Part shown: positions 50,284-64,000 of the stretch, piece after piece
How positions within the stretch are numbered: position 1 is the stretch's first letter
How the letters are laid out: each line of letters opens with the position of its first letter
Source: Camelus ferus
Lineage: Eukaryota
Assembly: GCF_009834535.1 (NCBI RefSeq)
Contig: NC_045696.1
Location: 121,026,001 to 121,090,000 of the forward strand
Length of the DNA: 64,000 bases
Direction of reading: 5' to 3'
Made by a program: the position numbers and the translations under genes
The notes under the pieces: model-generated
What the model saw: only the letters and a program-made list of their open reading frames with translations
Databases searched by the model: none
What the model was told of the DNA's origin: nothing

Positions 50284-51149
50284 ACGGGGAGAGGGGTGGG
50301 GTGGACACACAGGAGAGAGTATTTCAAACGTTCCACCACAACCTGTGTAAGAAAGCAGGCTGAACTCACCTCCAGCTGGCTTGGATTCCAGAGCCACTCT
50401 GGCCGTTTACCGAGTGACCCAGGGCCAGGTGTCTCCTCCAAGTCCTGGTTTCCTGCCTGTGTCTGAGGACAGTTGTAAAGGACAAGCAAGGTCATGCTAT
50501 ATGTTGAGTCACAAGAAACTGCCAATGAGGTTCAGCGTCACACGCGGACATGCTATAACGATGTAGGACGCTCTCAACTTTGGAAGAAGAAGAGTAACTT
50601 TATCACCCCATTGTCAGAGGCTCCCTCTGAAGGCTTCCTTCTGCTGCTGAGATTCTACCGCAGAGCCGCTCCAGGCAACACGCAGACTCCTGGCCAGAAG
50701 CAAACTTTAGTTTGTGGTTGTTTATTATGCAGATTAGTGTGGTGGTAAACCGCCCAATACACCTTCCTCCTCCTGCCGTCCCTCCCTTAACACCTCATCA
50801 AATCCTTAGGCTTCAGTCTTTTAGCATTGACTTTTACAAATTTGGGGGTAAAGTTTACATCTGATTAAATGACTCTGTGGCTTCTCAAAAACAAACAAAC
50901 AAACAAACAAAAAAACCCAAAACCAAAAACCCTTTTCCAAAATGGATCAGATGAGCCATGAACCCCATCTTACTTGGCTGTCAGCACGCCTCCAGCAGTG
51001 CTTCACAGAAGCACAGAGCCTACTAACACCACCCCTTCTCAGACACCACCTAATTCTTCTGTAGATTTTAGTTCACCATGTATGGAGGCCCCGTCCAGGA
51101 CCAAGTAGAAAGCTTAGGCACAAAGTTTTGAATGATAAGAATTCGCCAG

Positions 51150-51705
51150 GTAATGGAAACCACCTAAGTGTCGACAGGTGAACGTGTAAAGGAAATGTGA
51201 TGTGTTTACATTCACATGCAGTGGAATATTATTCAGCCTGAAAAAAGGACACCCTGCCATTTGCAACAACATGGATCAACCTGGAGGACACTATGCTAAG
51301 TGAAATAAGTCAGACACAGAAAGACAAATCCTGCCTGATCACATGCATGAAATCTAAAACAGTTGAACTCAAAAGCATAGAGTAGAGTGGTGGTTGCAGC
51401 AGCCAGGGGGGCAGTGGGAGGGCTGGGGAGATGGTGGTCAAAGAGACAATGTTTCAGTTACACAGAATGAGTAGGTTCTGGTGAACTCGTGCAACATAGT
51501 AACTATAGTTAATAAATCTGTATCAATGTACACTTGAAATTTGCTAAGAAAGTAAATCTTAAGTGTTCTCAACACACATACACAAAATAGGAATTCTGTG
51601 GGGTGATGAATACATTCACTAGCTTGATTGCCATAATCACTTCACTATGTATATGTTGTACCCCTGAAACAGCTACGGTTTTTTCACTTGTCAATTACAG
51701 CTCAG
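51150..51705 (+). mobile_element. Old L1 3' end (L1MB-like)
   Basis: 'gccatttgcaacaacatggatcaacctggaggacactatgctaagtgaaataagtcagacacagaaagacaaa...cacttgaaatttgctaagaaagtaaatcttaagtgttctc'. Confidence 0.85.
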
Positions 51706-51934
51706 TAAAGCAGGCAGGGGGGAAATTCAGGCACAGGAGAGGGGACAGAGATCTCGCAGGCATGAAGAACACAAAGATGGGAGGAGACCCAGCCTTGTGG
51801 GTTCTGGGGATGTGACATCTTTGTGGGCTGGTGGTTCATAAAGTGTGAGGGCACCCTTGTCAGGTTTGAGAGGGAGGCGTGGGCCCGGCCTCCACAATGG
51901 CCCCAGGGTCCTCACCTCTGATAGGTGCCCCACT

Positions 51935-52360
51935 CAGTCGCACTGCAGTGGGTGGCCTGTGTGATCAGGACGTTACATACGTGCACGTGGTGTATGACTT
52001 CTGACACCAGGTCACAAAGACATGGATCCGCCTTGCTCTGTCTTGGCTCCCTCACTCTGAGGGAGGCCGGCCCCTGGGTCATGAGGATGCCAGGCCACCA
52101 TGCGGAGAGATCTCTGGGGCAGAAACAGGCTTCTGCCAACGGCCGTGACCGTGAGCCGCCCGGGAAGCACAGTGTCCAGCCCTCGTCCAGCCTCATTTGA
52201 CCGCAGCTCTGGCTGATACCTGGACTGAAACCTCCAGAGCCAGAAACACCCAGGAAGCCATTCCTTAATCCCTGACCCTCAGACATGGGGAAAGATGGTG
52301 TTTGTTGTTGTTAAGTCACTGCATTTTACAGTATGTTTCAGCAACAGGTCACCAGTACAG
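51935..52360 (+). mobile_element. MaLR solo LTR (MLT1-type)
   Basis: 3' end 'tcctgaccctcagacatgg...tgttgttaagtcactgcattttacagtatgtttcagcaacaggtcaccagtaca'. Confidence 0.6.
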
Positions 52361-53339
52361 CAGGCCAGGTTCAGACTGAGCTGTGGAGTCTTCTCCGCTG
52401 AATCCCCTAGAAGTGGCCCCGTGAAGGCAGCGTGACTTTGAGCTGTCACAGGAGACTGTGTGGAGGGCACGTTTAAAGAGGCTGAGATGAGGCCAGGCAG
52501 GGGGCAGTCAGGAGGTTAGTCTGGGGAGCAGTGGTGGAACCGGACCAGCACCTGATGAGCGAGGAGACCACGAGAGGGAGCTGACCGGTGGGCGCAGGCG
52601 GGGTGCCTGGGAGGCTCCTGGTGGCTGGGAAAGGGGGGTGGGCAGCAGGCATCCGCAAAGCCAGTCTCAGCACAGGAGATGCAGGTGTCGGGGGCGGGGT
52701 GGGCTGGGAGAGGAGCATGGAGCTCAGTCCTCGCTGTGCTGGTTCGAGGCATCTGTGGGGCACCCCGGGGAGAAGCCCAGGGGTGCGGCTGGGGGTGTCT
52801 GAACAGTTCTGTCCTCCTAGTGACGTGGACCCACCCACTGAGCTCCAGACCACAGAGCCCAGACCTGCAAACCACCAAGAAGAGGGCTGGCTTCTGTAGG
52901 AAGCCACCTCCTTCAAGGCTGTGGATGTGACTTCAGGTATGTGACTGCCTGACAAATAATAATAAAACAGCAGCATGTAGCCCTTCCCTACTTCTTTTTG
53001 GATCCACCCCGGGGGCTCTCTCAGGCAGCGCTCCCTCTTCTGGTGGTGCCCCTGCCCCACATCAATACTCTTCAAAATCAGCGGTCCTTAACCCTGGCTC
53101 TGCATTTGAAACACCTGGGAAACTTCCTGAGGATCAAGTGGAAGGATTTAAATTCCCTGGCAGATGGGAGATGCTGGTGGCAGTCTTCCTTCTGCCTAAA
53201 AAGTGAGCCCAGACCCTCGTCTCTCTCTCCCTCTCCTGGACCAGAAGGGATCCTGTCTATGAAAGGGTTTTGTGAAATGCAAAGCTTGATTCAAATGTAA
53301 ATTATAACCTTTACCTTTACCTTCGTGAGAAGTCAAAGA

Positions 53340-55100
53340 TCTTTTTATTTTTAACTTTTTTACTATGAAAGACATCAAACTGTATTAAAGTAAAGAGAAT
53401 AATATAATAAGCTCTCGTTAGGGAACCATCACTTAGCTTCAGAAATGTTAAGTTTGCAGCGAATCTTGTTTTATTTATACTCTCACCCATTGCCCCTCAC
53501 TGGATTATTTTTATATCACTCATAAATATTTCAGCATGCATCTCTAAAAGATAAAGAATCTTTTTTTTTAAAAAGCCACAGTACTATTATCACACTTTAA
53601 AATGATCAATAATTTCTATATATCAAATATCTGATCAATATTCACATTTCCCCAACTGTCTTAATTTTTCTGTTTCATCAGATTAGGATCCAAATAAAGC
53701 CCAGTCGCATCACTAGATGTCTCCTCAATCTCTTAGTGTAGATTCTGCCTCCTTTTTCCCCTTGTAATGCATTTATTGAAGAAACCAGGTCATTCGTCCT
53801 TGAAAGTTTCTTTCAGTCTAGATTTTACTGATTGCACCATCCTGATATATATTTTTTAAAATAAACTATCTTTTATAAGTTTTAGATTTACAGAAAGTTT
53901 GTGAAGGTAGCACCGAGATCCCAGACAGCTCACCCAGTCTTCATCAAGGGTGCGCACGCCACCATCAGGACTTAGCACCTCGATGCCGACCCGGTCACCT
54001 GGCTAAGGCCATGCTGGTCAGGTTCCTCCATAGTTAAGAAGTCCTCCGCCCCCCGCACCAGCTTCTTTGGAAGGACGTCCCTGTTCCCAGCCCACACGGA
54101 AGAAGTGCAGTTGCACTTCACCCCTTGAGGGCAGAGTAGCTACACCAGGTCTTTTGAGCACTTCTGCAAGGGAAATCTGCCTTCTCCACAATCCGAGTGC
54201 TTGCCTGTGATTTACGTCAGGACAGACAAAGATATTATTTCATACTTTGGGTTGTAATCCAGTGCTGCTCCATTTCCTTGCTCGGTTGTCCCAGCTGTGG
54301 CCGCAAGGAGCTCTTTTAGTTGGCCGCTGTGTCCCTGTCCCTTCAATGTCGAATTACTCCCATTCACATGTTGTTGTTGTTGTTGTTGTCCTTTTCATCA
54401 CTGATTGATTGATTGATTTCTGGCACACTTCCTTATTCTCTGGCATCACAAGATGCCCCAGCCTCACCACGTGTCCACCATGTCTGTTCCCAGGGCTGGA
54501 ATCAGCCATTCTTTCAAGGTTCCTCTTGGTTCCTTTTATTGGGAAACGGTAACAGAAATCAAGATCTGGGCCCTGGGCGTGCTTGCTGCTTCTGGAGAGT
54601 CATTGCTTCCAGGCCCGCCCAGCTGACAGAGCAAGGAAATGTGTATGTACACTAACTGTTGAATAGACACGTGTCCAAATTGTGTCTACACGTAACCATC
54701 TGTATCTAAGCTAAACACACATTCTTACTGACATCTCCAGCTCTAATCGACTACCACACGGATCCTTCTCACTTCTTCCTGATGTTTGAAAAAGATGTTC
54801 TTTTGGATCCTCATAATATGGTGGTTAGATCCAGATTCAGATTCAGCTTTTTGGCAAGAATATTTCATAGGAGGTGGTATGTCCTTCCATCATTTTGTGA
54901 TGTGAGCAGCTATTGATGATCATTTCCAAGGATCTATTACTTCTTTAAAGTTTAAAAAAGAGTAAATTTTTGATTGGCTCCATCTTTCTTCTCTAAATAA
55001 CTGGATTCCTCTACATAAAGAGAAACCTCACCTCATCAACTATTTCTACCCTGAGGTAGAGCCAATATAAGCGGGATAAGTGCTTAATTCTTTTCCTCAG
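53340..55100 (-). mobile_element. Nested old L1M (L1MC/L1ME-like) fragments
   Basis: 'aaatatttcagcatgcatctctaaaagataaag', 'ttttagatttacagaaagtttg', 'ggaatcagccattctttcaagg' motifs. Confidence 0.55.
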
Positions 55101-55470
55101 TATCTTATAAACAATGAATATGTTCTCGCATCCCCTGAGGCTGACCCCTGAGCTATTTTTGGCTTTGAGCTTGGGTGGCTCTGGAGGCACCTGGCCCTCT
55201 CTACCTCTGTACTATCAGCCCTTGACTCCTCCGCCGTCTGCCTCCGGAGGGTGAGGCAGGGGAGGTGAGGGGGAGAGGCTGGCTCCCCTGGCAGAAGCAG
55301 AGAGCAATTTGGAAAGGGAGGCAAGGTTGGGGGAGTCTCGGGGACTTCATTCATTCATCCTGAAAAAGCTCTGGTCTCCAAAATCATCTTCTTGTGGAGC
55401 TGTTGCCATGGTTGCATAGTGTTTCATGGTGCCTTAGAAATCACTGAGTCCATCTTTTAAGAGCCTCCTC

Positions 55471-55615
55471 TAGCTCACAGCGAAAAAAAATGTGACAATG
55501 AATATATGTGTATTCATGTATAACTGAAAAATTGTGCTCTACACTGGAATTTGACACAACATTGTAAAATGACTATAACTCAATAAAAAAAATGCTTAAA
55601 AAAAAAAAAAAAAAA
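55471..55615 (+). mobile_element. Very short young L1 3' end (about 145 bp) with perfect 12-bp TSD
   Basis: TSD aagagcctcctc at 55459-55470 and 55616-55627; TTTT/AA endonuclease site at 55455-55460; long pure A tail. Confidence 0.93.
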
Positions 55616-55769
55616 AAGAGCCTCCTCAAGCAACCTTAGAAGAAAAATACGACACCTGAAGTTCTGGAAAAGGCTCGCTTGACCCTAAATCCTTCAAGGA
55701 AGCCCATCCAGGAGAGAAACCAAGTCACCGTTGGAGGGTTAGGGGTAAGGGTCAGGGCACCGGTTCTCA

Positions 55770-56331
55770 GCCCTGGTTCCCTGTTAGTGTCACCTGAAAC
55801 ACGTTTTAAACCACCTGCACGTCAGCGTCACCTCGGAGACGCTGATTTGAGTGGTCTGGGGTGGAACCCTTCTGGAATCGGCAAGTCTTTCTTTCACTTA
55901 TTTTTTCATTTTTATTGAGGTATAGTGGATGAGGTATAGTTAATATTACATAAATTACAGGTGTACATATAGTGATTCACAATTTTTAAAAGTGATACTC
56001 CATTTATAGTTACTATAAAATATTGGCTATTTCCCGTGTTGTACAATACATCCTTGTAGCTCATTTTATACCTAATATTTTATACCTCTTAATCCCCTAC
56101 TCCTATGTTGCCCCCGCCTCAACTGGTAACCACTAGTTTGTTGCCTGTATCTGAGTCTGCTTCGTTTCTGTTATATTCACTAGCTTGTTGTGTATTTTAG
56201 ATTCCACATATAGGTGATATCATATGGTATTTTTTTTATTTGTCTTACTTCACTTAAAATGATAATATCCAGGTCCATCCATGTTGCAGCAAAAGGCAAA
56301 ATTTCATTCATTTTTATGGCTGAGTAGTATC

Positions 56332-56368
<37 letters not shown>

Positions 56369-56690
56369 ACCCAATATATACCACACCAATATATACCACA
56401 TCTTCTTTATCCAGTCATCTGTGGATGGACACTTAAGTTGCTTCCATATCTTGGCTATTGTAAATAGTGCTGCTGTGAACATTGGGGTGCATGCATCTTT
56501 TCAAATTAGTGTTTTTATTTTTTTTTTTTTCGGATATATACCTAGGAGTAGAACTCCTGGGTCATATGGTAGTTCTATTTTAGGTTTTTGAGAAATCTCC
56601 ATACTGTATTCCACAGTGGCTGCACCAATTTACATTCTGGAATTGGCAGTTTTTATGAGCTTTTTGCAAGGTGATTCTAATGTTTAACTA
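55770..56690. mobile_element. MER5A-like MITE split by a - strand L1 (about 55885-56634)
   Basis: MER5 halves 'gacgctgatttgagtggtctggggtgg' and 'gcaaggtgattctaatg'; TSD ttctggaatcggca (55870-55883) / ttctggaattggca (56635-56648); the L1 contains (GT)n at 56335-56366. Confidence 0.8.
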
Positions 56691-57854
56691 GGGCCATTTC
56701 CAAGCCCCCTAGAACTCAAAGAGGGTGATGAGTTGTGTGACACCTACAGTCTTACCACCTCAGTCCAGTTGTCTGACCTTAGTAGCTGCCTTCTCTGCCA
56801 CGTTATTCAGAAGACTCAGCCAGGAAGGATGAGGCCGGGGATGTCTCACACTCCCCTCAGGATGCTGGCCTGGTGAATGTGGCTCAGGTCCAACCAGCGG
56901 GTCTTTAACATAAGACACAACACTCTGCCCCACCCTGGGCTCCAAGGACCTCTGCCTGGCACTGTCCTAACAGCTTTCAACCTCTTACTGTCACAGCTTG
57001 GGGCACTGTCCACTTAATAGGTCTGAGAGTAGACATGAGCCTGTATGCGGGCAGGTTCTTGGGCTCTTTCTCACTCAGAGGCTGGGACTCTAAGCCCAAC
57101 CCCTCTCAAGGAGCTGCCGCCGCCTCCTTTCCGTGTGTGTAAATAATATTGACCCTTGATGCAGAGCCAGCCTGCGCAGAGTGCAGGCCTGCGAAGAGGT
57201 GGGGAGGCCTGGGATGAGGGTTCCCCATCCCTGTTCCTCAGCTCCAGGCCCTGCGAAGACCAGTCCTCCCCACCTTCCTCCACGGCTCACTGGTCTGAGT
57301 GCGTGCGGGTAAGGTCTAGGAAGCGTTGGGCCTTCCACCTCCGACCTTTCCACAGTCTCCGTTCTGTGCGCGCAGGGTTTCACCCACCGCTCTTTCCCTG
57401 CATCCTGGCCATCCTGTCCGCCGCCCACCACATCACCACCCCAATTCCTAGCTAGAACTAACTTACCACGAACCCCTCCTATAACCCTCGTCCCCAAAAG
57501 AGACAAGCCGCTCACCCCGCCCGGAAACTCTGGCCTCATCCGGGCTCGAGTCTCCCCGGGGGCTCGGGTCCACCCAGGCCAACCGGACAGCGCTCCCAGG
57601 ACGCCCCACACTCCCTGGCCCTCCGGGCTCCCAGGAGTCGTCCCTATTACATAGTTAAATTCGGCCTCCGTCACAGTCCCCAAGCCGCCTGGGAGGTCCT
57701 GCTGGAGCCAGGCTGTGACGTCAGCACTATCACCCGCCTCCCTCCGCGTCCAGGACGCCGGCCCCGCCCCTGGCCCGAGGCCCAGCAGCTGAGAGTGTCC
57801 TGCTTCCCGGGTGCCCCGCCGCCCTCGACTGCCCCGCCGCAGGCCCCGCCCTGA

Positions 57855-58599
<745 letters not shown>

Positions 58600-58855
58600 T
58601 AGTTGAGGTCCTGGTCTTTCATTTGAGCGACTCATGACAGCCTACCTGGTCTCCCTGCAAAGACCTCAATCCTTTGCCCTGTTTACAGGCCTCTACAGCT
58701 TCTTTCTAGAGCACATCTCTCCAAGTCACTCTTTCTTCTCTGTCCTCCTTGATAATGGCAGGCCCCTGTTTTTCTTGGGTAGGAGATGTGGCCTGATACT
58801 TTGTGGGAAAGCCTTGGCACTTAGGCTAGGAGAGTAGGGGACAGATTGTGTGTGG

Positions 58856-59466
<611 letters not shown>

Positions 59467-59578
59467 CGGCAGCTCCCCGTGGACCCGTGGATACCGAGAT
59501 CAGGGCCTTTCTCCTGGGGAGGGAGGGAGGGAGGAGAAAGGGAATGTTTTCTTTCCTGGGCCTGATAGATCCTAACAG

Positions 59579-59584
59579 ATTAAA
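59579..59584 (+). terminator. Possible NUDT16 polyadenylation signal (ATTAAA)
   Basis: First canonical-variant hexamer after the stop codon; no transcript evidence. Confidence 0.3.
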
Positions 59585-61859
59585 TGAGAAGTATGTGCAA
59601 TATGTTCTGAACACAGGGCCCCACGGCGACTTCAGGCACCGGGGGCAAAACTCCACAGCGCATCCCAGGCAGGGCCCTAGCGGGTTCTCAGAGCCTACCT
59701 CCTCCATGAACATTGGCGCACACACAGCTGGTGGCCTCCAGCCATGCAGCGATCTGGGCCCACACACAAGCTGATGCCCCACCTTCCATGTTCAGTTCAG
59801 CTGGGAAGTCGCACGTGTGGGGCGTAGCTTGTCCCTGCACCCACCATACCTGTCTTCATGGGGGAGAGCTTCTGAATCAGGGAGGGTCTCTGCCCACATG
59901 GCTGGTCCCAGGGTGTAGCCCAGCTTGTGCTTGTTGGGGAGGACAGAGGAGCAAGGGGCCTCTCTCCCCCCTGAAAGTGGTCCATCCTTGCCTGGGGGTT
60001 GGCCAAAGCAGTATAGCCCAGAAAGTTCCTGACCAACCCCCGTCCTCTCCCGAAACTGAGCAGAGGGGCGAGAAGATGGCTTGGTCTCCTTGGGCTGACC
60101 TTGGATTTGATAATTCTGAGTCCTGGTGCGTCTCCTCCAGGGCTTCCTAAGCCTCTGGGGACGTCAGAAAGGAGGCAATGGAGCCCTGTCTAGTCCAGCC
60201 CTAACAAAAGAGCCAGTAAAGAAGGACTTGTAGCTGGGCCTTAGAGCCTTTCTGTTCCTTCAACAAATAACCTGGAGGGGGAGAGGGTGGCTGAAGGGGC
60301 ACAGCCTTCACTAAGGGGCCCTCCCGGGGGAGGGCCAGTCCTGCGGCGGAGCAGGCTCGGGAAGAGGACAGGGCCGTGCAGAGGAGGAGGGGGCTCCGTT
60401 AGCAGTGGGGTGAAGGGGCTGGAATCTCCTCTTGGTGACATGAAGCAAGACCGTCTGCTGGATGTGGGTGGCGGTGTCCTCAGAAGGTACGAGGCAGGCA
60501 TTGGTCTTGACGTGGCAGGCAAGTCAATGAAAGAAACGCAGAAGGACGCGACTGAGCTTGGAGACGGCCCGCGTACAGTGGGACTGTAGGTCCTCAGGCT
60601 GGGGGTGCACACACACGTCTCCCCCACACCCGTGTTCAGCAGGGCTGAGGATACGATGCAGAGAGAAGTGCGAGGAAGGAGAGAGGCAAGGCAGTGGGTT
60701 ACAGGAGACATGATGGACTGTGGGTGTAGGGTTTGGTCTGAGTGAGATGGGAAAGGAAGACAGGAGGGTCGGCAAACGCGGTCTCAGGGAGTCTGGACCC
60801 CAAAACGGGGTGCAGGGGGGTGTGTTTGAGCCAAAGAGGGTGTCTTTGAAACTGAGAGGTGGAGCCATCGGAGGAGAATCCAGATCCATGTGATGAAGCA
60901 AGAAACCAACGGCTGTTGGAGGTGGTAGGCACCAGGAGCCGGTGAGGCGGCCGGGAGAGGGGCGCAGGCGCAGAGGGCAGGAGCCTCGGAGTAGAGGGAC
61001 TTCAACATAGGGATAGGTAGGTGGGCCCCTGGGGCAGCCCTTGTATTTTTCAGCTTTCTTAAATTGTAATTTGTTGTGATTTTACATCGTGTATCAATAT
61101 GCCCTCTGGTTTTTCTCTAATTCTATTTTCTTTTTTCCCTAAAGAACATTCCCCAAGTTGTAAAAGATTCAGGCCCCACGAAGCCTAGTCCTGTCACATG
61201 TTGAGACCTGGCAGCCCCCGCTGTCTGGAGTGGAGCAGGGTGACCTCCCCACTGCCATCCCCTGACACCCCCCATGTCAGGACTGAGACCCAGAGCAGAC
61301 GGCCAGAGTGGAAGTAAATAAGGACTTAAATGTCATCTGACCCTTTTTCAGCTTCTAGAGCCAACTCAAAGTAGTCCTTATCTGTGCAACAGATGGTGAG
61401 TTACCTAAATTTTCTATCCAGGAACTTAGAGGTGATGCAGAGATGATGGGGAGAGAGTCACAGTAGGGCTGTGAGCAGGAGGGGCTGGGAGACCATTCTC
61501 GAACCTTCAGACCTTTCCCTGGGGGCGGTGCCCTCGGCGGTCACAGGGAGGATTTCAGGACCCAGGCCAGTCATCCTCCATGGGAATGACATCCCATCCC
61601 CAAATGTAGCGGCTCCGAATAGCCACAGTTGTTCTCTCTTCCGTGGCCGGGGTGAGATCAAGTGAGGCCGGCCGTGAGCAGCTAGGGGCAGGTCAGGCTG
61701 GGCTTTCCCACAGCACGGCTGTCTCTGGGCGCTCAGACCGCTCACCTGCAGTCACGGTGGGCGGGGCACAGTGAGCCTCGGCTCAGCTTCACTGCTGTCA
61801 TGTCCCGTGGGCGACAAACAAGACAGAGTCACGCAGATTCCGGGGGCGGGGGGGGGCTA

Positions 61860-61876
61860 GACGCCATCTCGTGGTA
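61860..61876 (-). promoter_or_regulatory. CTCF-like motif
   Basis: Reverse complement TACCACGAGATGGCGTC resembles the CCASYAGRKGGC core. Confidence 0.4.
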
Positions 61877-62512
61877 AGGGAGTGAGAAAGTTGTAGAAGA
61901 TCAGGTGGGGCGGATATCTTTGCAGCCATCTTTGGTGTCTAGAAGTATTTATTATTAAAAAAAAAGGGGGGGGGGGATTGGGTCTGCAAACCCTTGGTAC
62001 AGAGCCACCCTAACTCAGCACACAGCTCCAGGGGACTCTTGAGACAGATCCAGGCGTGAATTTGACAGGATGAAAATTGTATTGTCCTTGACAGCAGGTC
62101 CTGCTGTGGTCTGGCTTTGAAGCCGTCCTCCTCCCATTGGGGTGGACCTGACAGCAACGAGGCTGCTGGGAAGAGTCAGATCACAGCTTGGACGTCTCGG
62201 GAGACGGACACAGGGCGGTGTCATGCCTAAAGGCCGCAGGAGACACGTTCAGGGTCCCGGACTTTCCCGTGGTGAGTTTTGCAGCAGTGATGGAGTGCGG
62301 AGAAACCAGGTCTGACCTCTCCTTTATTCGAAGACGCACATCAAAGTCCCTGAAGTCAGGATGGGTCTTAATTGATGATAGGTGCAGGTCCTGACACAGT
62401 TGTCATCTGCTGCATGTGGCCTGAAACCTGTGTCATGAATGTCAGCCACCTGGCAGGAGACCCCGAGGCCAAGGTGGAAAACTCTTAAGAAATGTCACAG
62501 CACCATGACTCT

Positions 62513-63842
62513 TTTTTTTTTAAACATTTTTTAATTGAGTTATAGTCATTTTACAATGTTGTGTCAAATTCCAGTGTAGAGCACAATTTTGCAGTTCTAC
62601 ATGAACATTCATATATTCATTGTCACATTTTTTTTTTGCTGTGAGCTACCACAAGATCTTGTATGTATTTCCCTGTGCTACACAGTATAATCTTGTTTAT
62701 CTATTCTGCTTATGCCTGTCAGTATCTACAAATTTTGAAATCCCAGTCTGTCCTTCCCACCCCCGCCCCCTTGGCAACCACAAGTTAGTATTCTATGTCT
62801 ATGAGTCTGTTTCTGTTTTGTATTTATGTTCTTTTTTTTTTCTTCAGACAGCCTCTTCAGCAAATGGTGTTGGGAAAACTGGACAGCAGCATGTAAATCA
62901 AGCGAGAACACTCCCTTACACCATACACAAAAATAAACTCAAAATGGATCAAAGACTTAAACATAAGACAAGATACAATAAACCTCCTAGAAGAAAATAT
63001 AGGCAAAACATTATCTGACATACATCTTAAAAATGTTCTCCTAGGGCAGTCTACCCAAGCAATAGAAATAAAGGCAAGAATAAACAAATGGGACCTAATG
63101 AAACTTACAAGCTTCTGCACAGCAAAGGAAACCATAAGTAAAACAAAATGACAACCTATGTAATGGGAGAAAATATTTGCAAACAATGAAACCGACAAAG
63201 GCTTGATCTCCAGAATATATAAGCAGCTCATACAACGTAATAAGAAACAAACAACCCAACCCAAAAAAAAAGACCTAAACAAGCAATTCTCCAAGGAAGA
63301 CATACAAATGATCAATAGGCACATGAAAAAATGCTCCATATCACTAATTATCAAAGAAATGCAAATCAAAACTACAATGAGGTATCACCTCACACCAGTC
63401 AGAATGGCCATCATTCTAAAGTCCACAAATGATAAATGCTGGAGAGGGTGTGGAGAAAAGGGAACCCTCCTACACTGCTGGTGGGAATGCAGTTTGGTGC
63501 AGCCACTGTGGAAAACAGTATGGAGATTTCTCGAAAGACTAGGAATAGATTTACCACATGACCCAGGAATCCCACTTCTGGTCATATATCCAGAAGAAAC
63601 CCTACTTCAAAAAGACACCTGCACCCCAATGTTCACAGCAGCACTATTTACAATAGCCAAGACATGGAGACAGCCTAAATGTCCATCAACAGATGACTGG
63701 TTAAAGAAGATGTAGTATATTTGTACAATGGAATACTATTCAGCCATAAAAACTGCCATTTACAGCAACATGGATGTTCCTAGAGAATGTCATTCTAAGT
63801 GAAGTAAGCCAGAAAGAGAAAGAAAAACACCATAGGAGATTG
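62513..63842 (-). mobile_element. Young camelid L1 with 5' inversion (twin priming) and perfect 15-bp TSD
   Basis: TSD cagcaccatgactct at 62498-62512 and 63843-63857; poly-T plus 3'UTR on - (62513 to about 62846), ORF2 C-terminal part on + (about 62847-63842; ORF 63203-63715). Confidence 0.93.
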
Positions 63843-63975
63843 CAGCACCATGACTCTGATGGTGCAGGGATCAGTGGTTTGTAGAAAAACATGAATACCT
63901 ATGACCTCAAGTTGGAAAATGACTTAAATGAGTCAGACGTGGTGCAGAAGTTTAGGGGTATCTCAATCACTTTAT

Positions 63976-63998
63976 TTTCATTCATTCATTCATTCATT
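63976..63998 (+). repeat. (TTCA)n microsatellite, possibly an L2 3' end
   Basis: ttcattcattcattcattcatt. Confidence 0.75.
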
Positions 63999-64000
63999 TG

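Noticed and set aside
49963..50525. ORFs rich in SLSV/RD repeats
   Set aside because: Translations of the GA/GACA microsatellite.
63203..63715. 170-aa ORF and similar ORFs at 22.1, 27.6 and 56.2 kb
   Set aside because: Fragments of L1 ORF2p in truncated elements, not host genes.

Overview
Mammalian genomic DNA, most likely a camelid (alpaca or camel), judged from four tRNA-Ala-derived Vic-1-type SINEs and no recognisable ruminant BovA/BovB or pig PRE-1 SINEs. The window holds the 3' end of NEK11 on the + strand: a 97-bp penultimate exon at 9226-9322 (missed by the ORF track), a 39.5-kb last intron, and the terminal coding exon at 48823-49024. About 9 kb downstream is a complete, intact three-exon NUDT16 gene (195 aa, 58038-59466) with a CpG-island promoter. 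The NEK11 intron contains a full-length RPL35A processed pseudogene (- strand, with TSD, poly-A and 5'TOP), a solo ERV1-type LTR, and many L1, L2, MIR, MaLR and DNA-transposon relics. I found no new protein-coding system; almost all other listed ORFs are chance or repeat-derived. The best leads are a tandem RFX X-box plus forkhead cluster in the NEK11 intron, the identity of the intact NUDT16 copy (position of human NUDT16P1/NUDT16L2P), a strong GC shift in NEK11, and several L1 insertions with informative structures. Comparisons with human or bovine sequences and repeat family names are from recall and need database confirmation.
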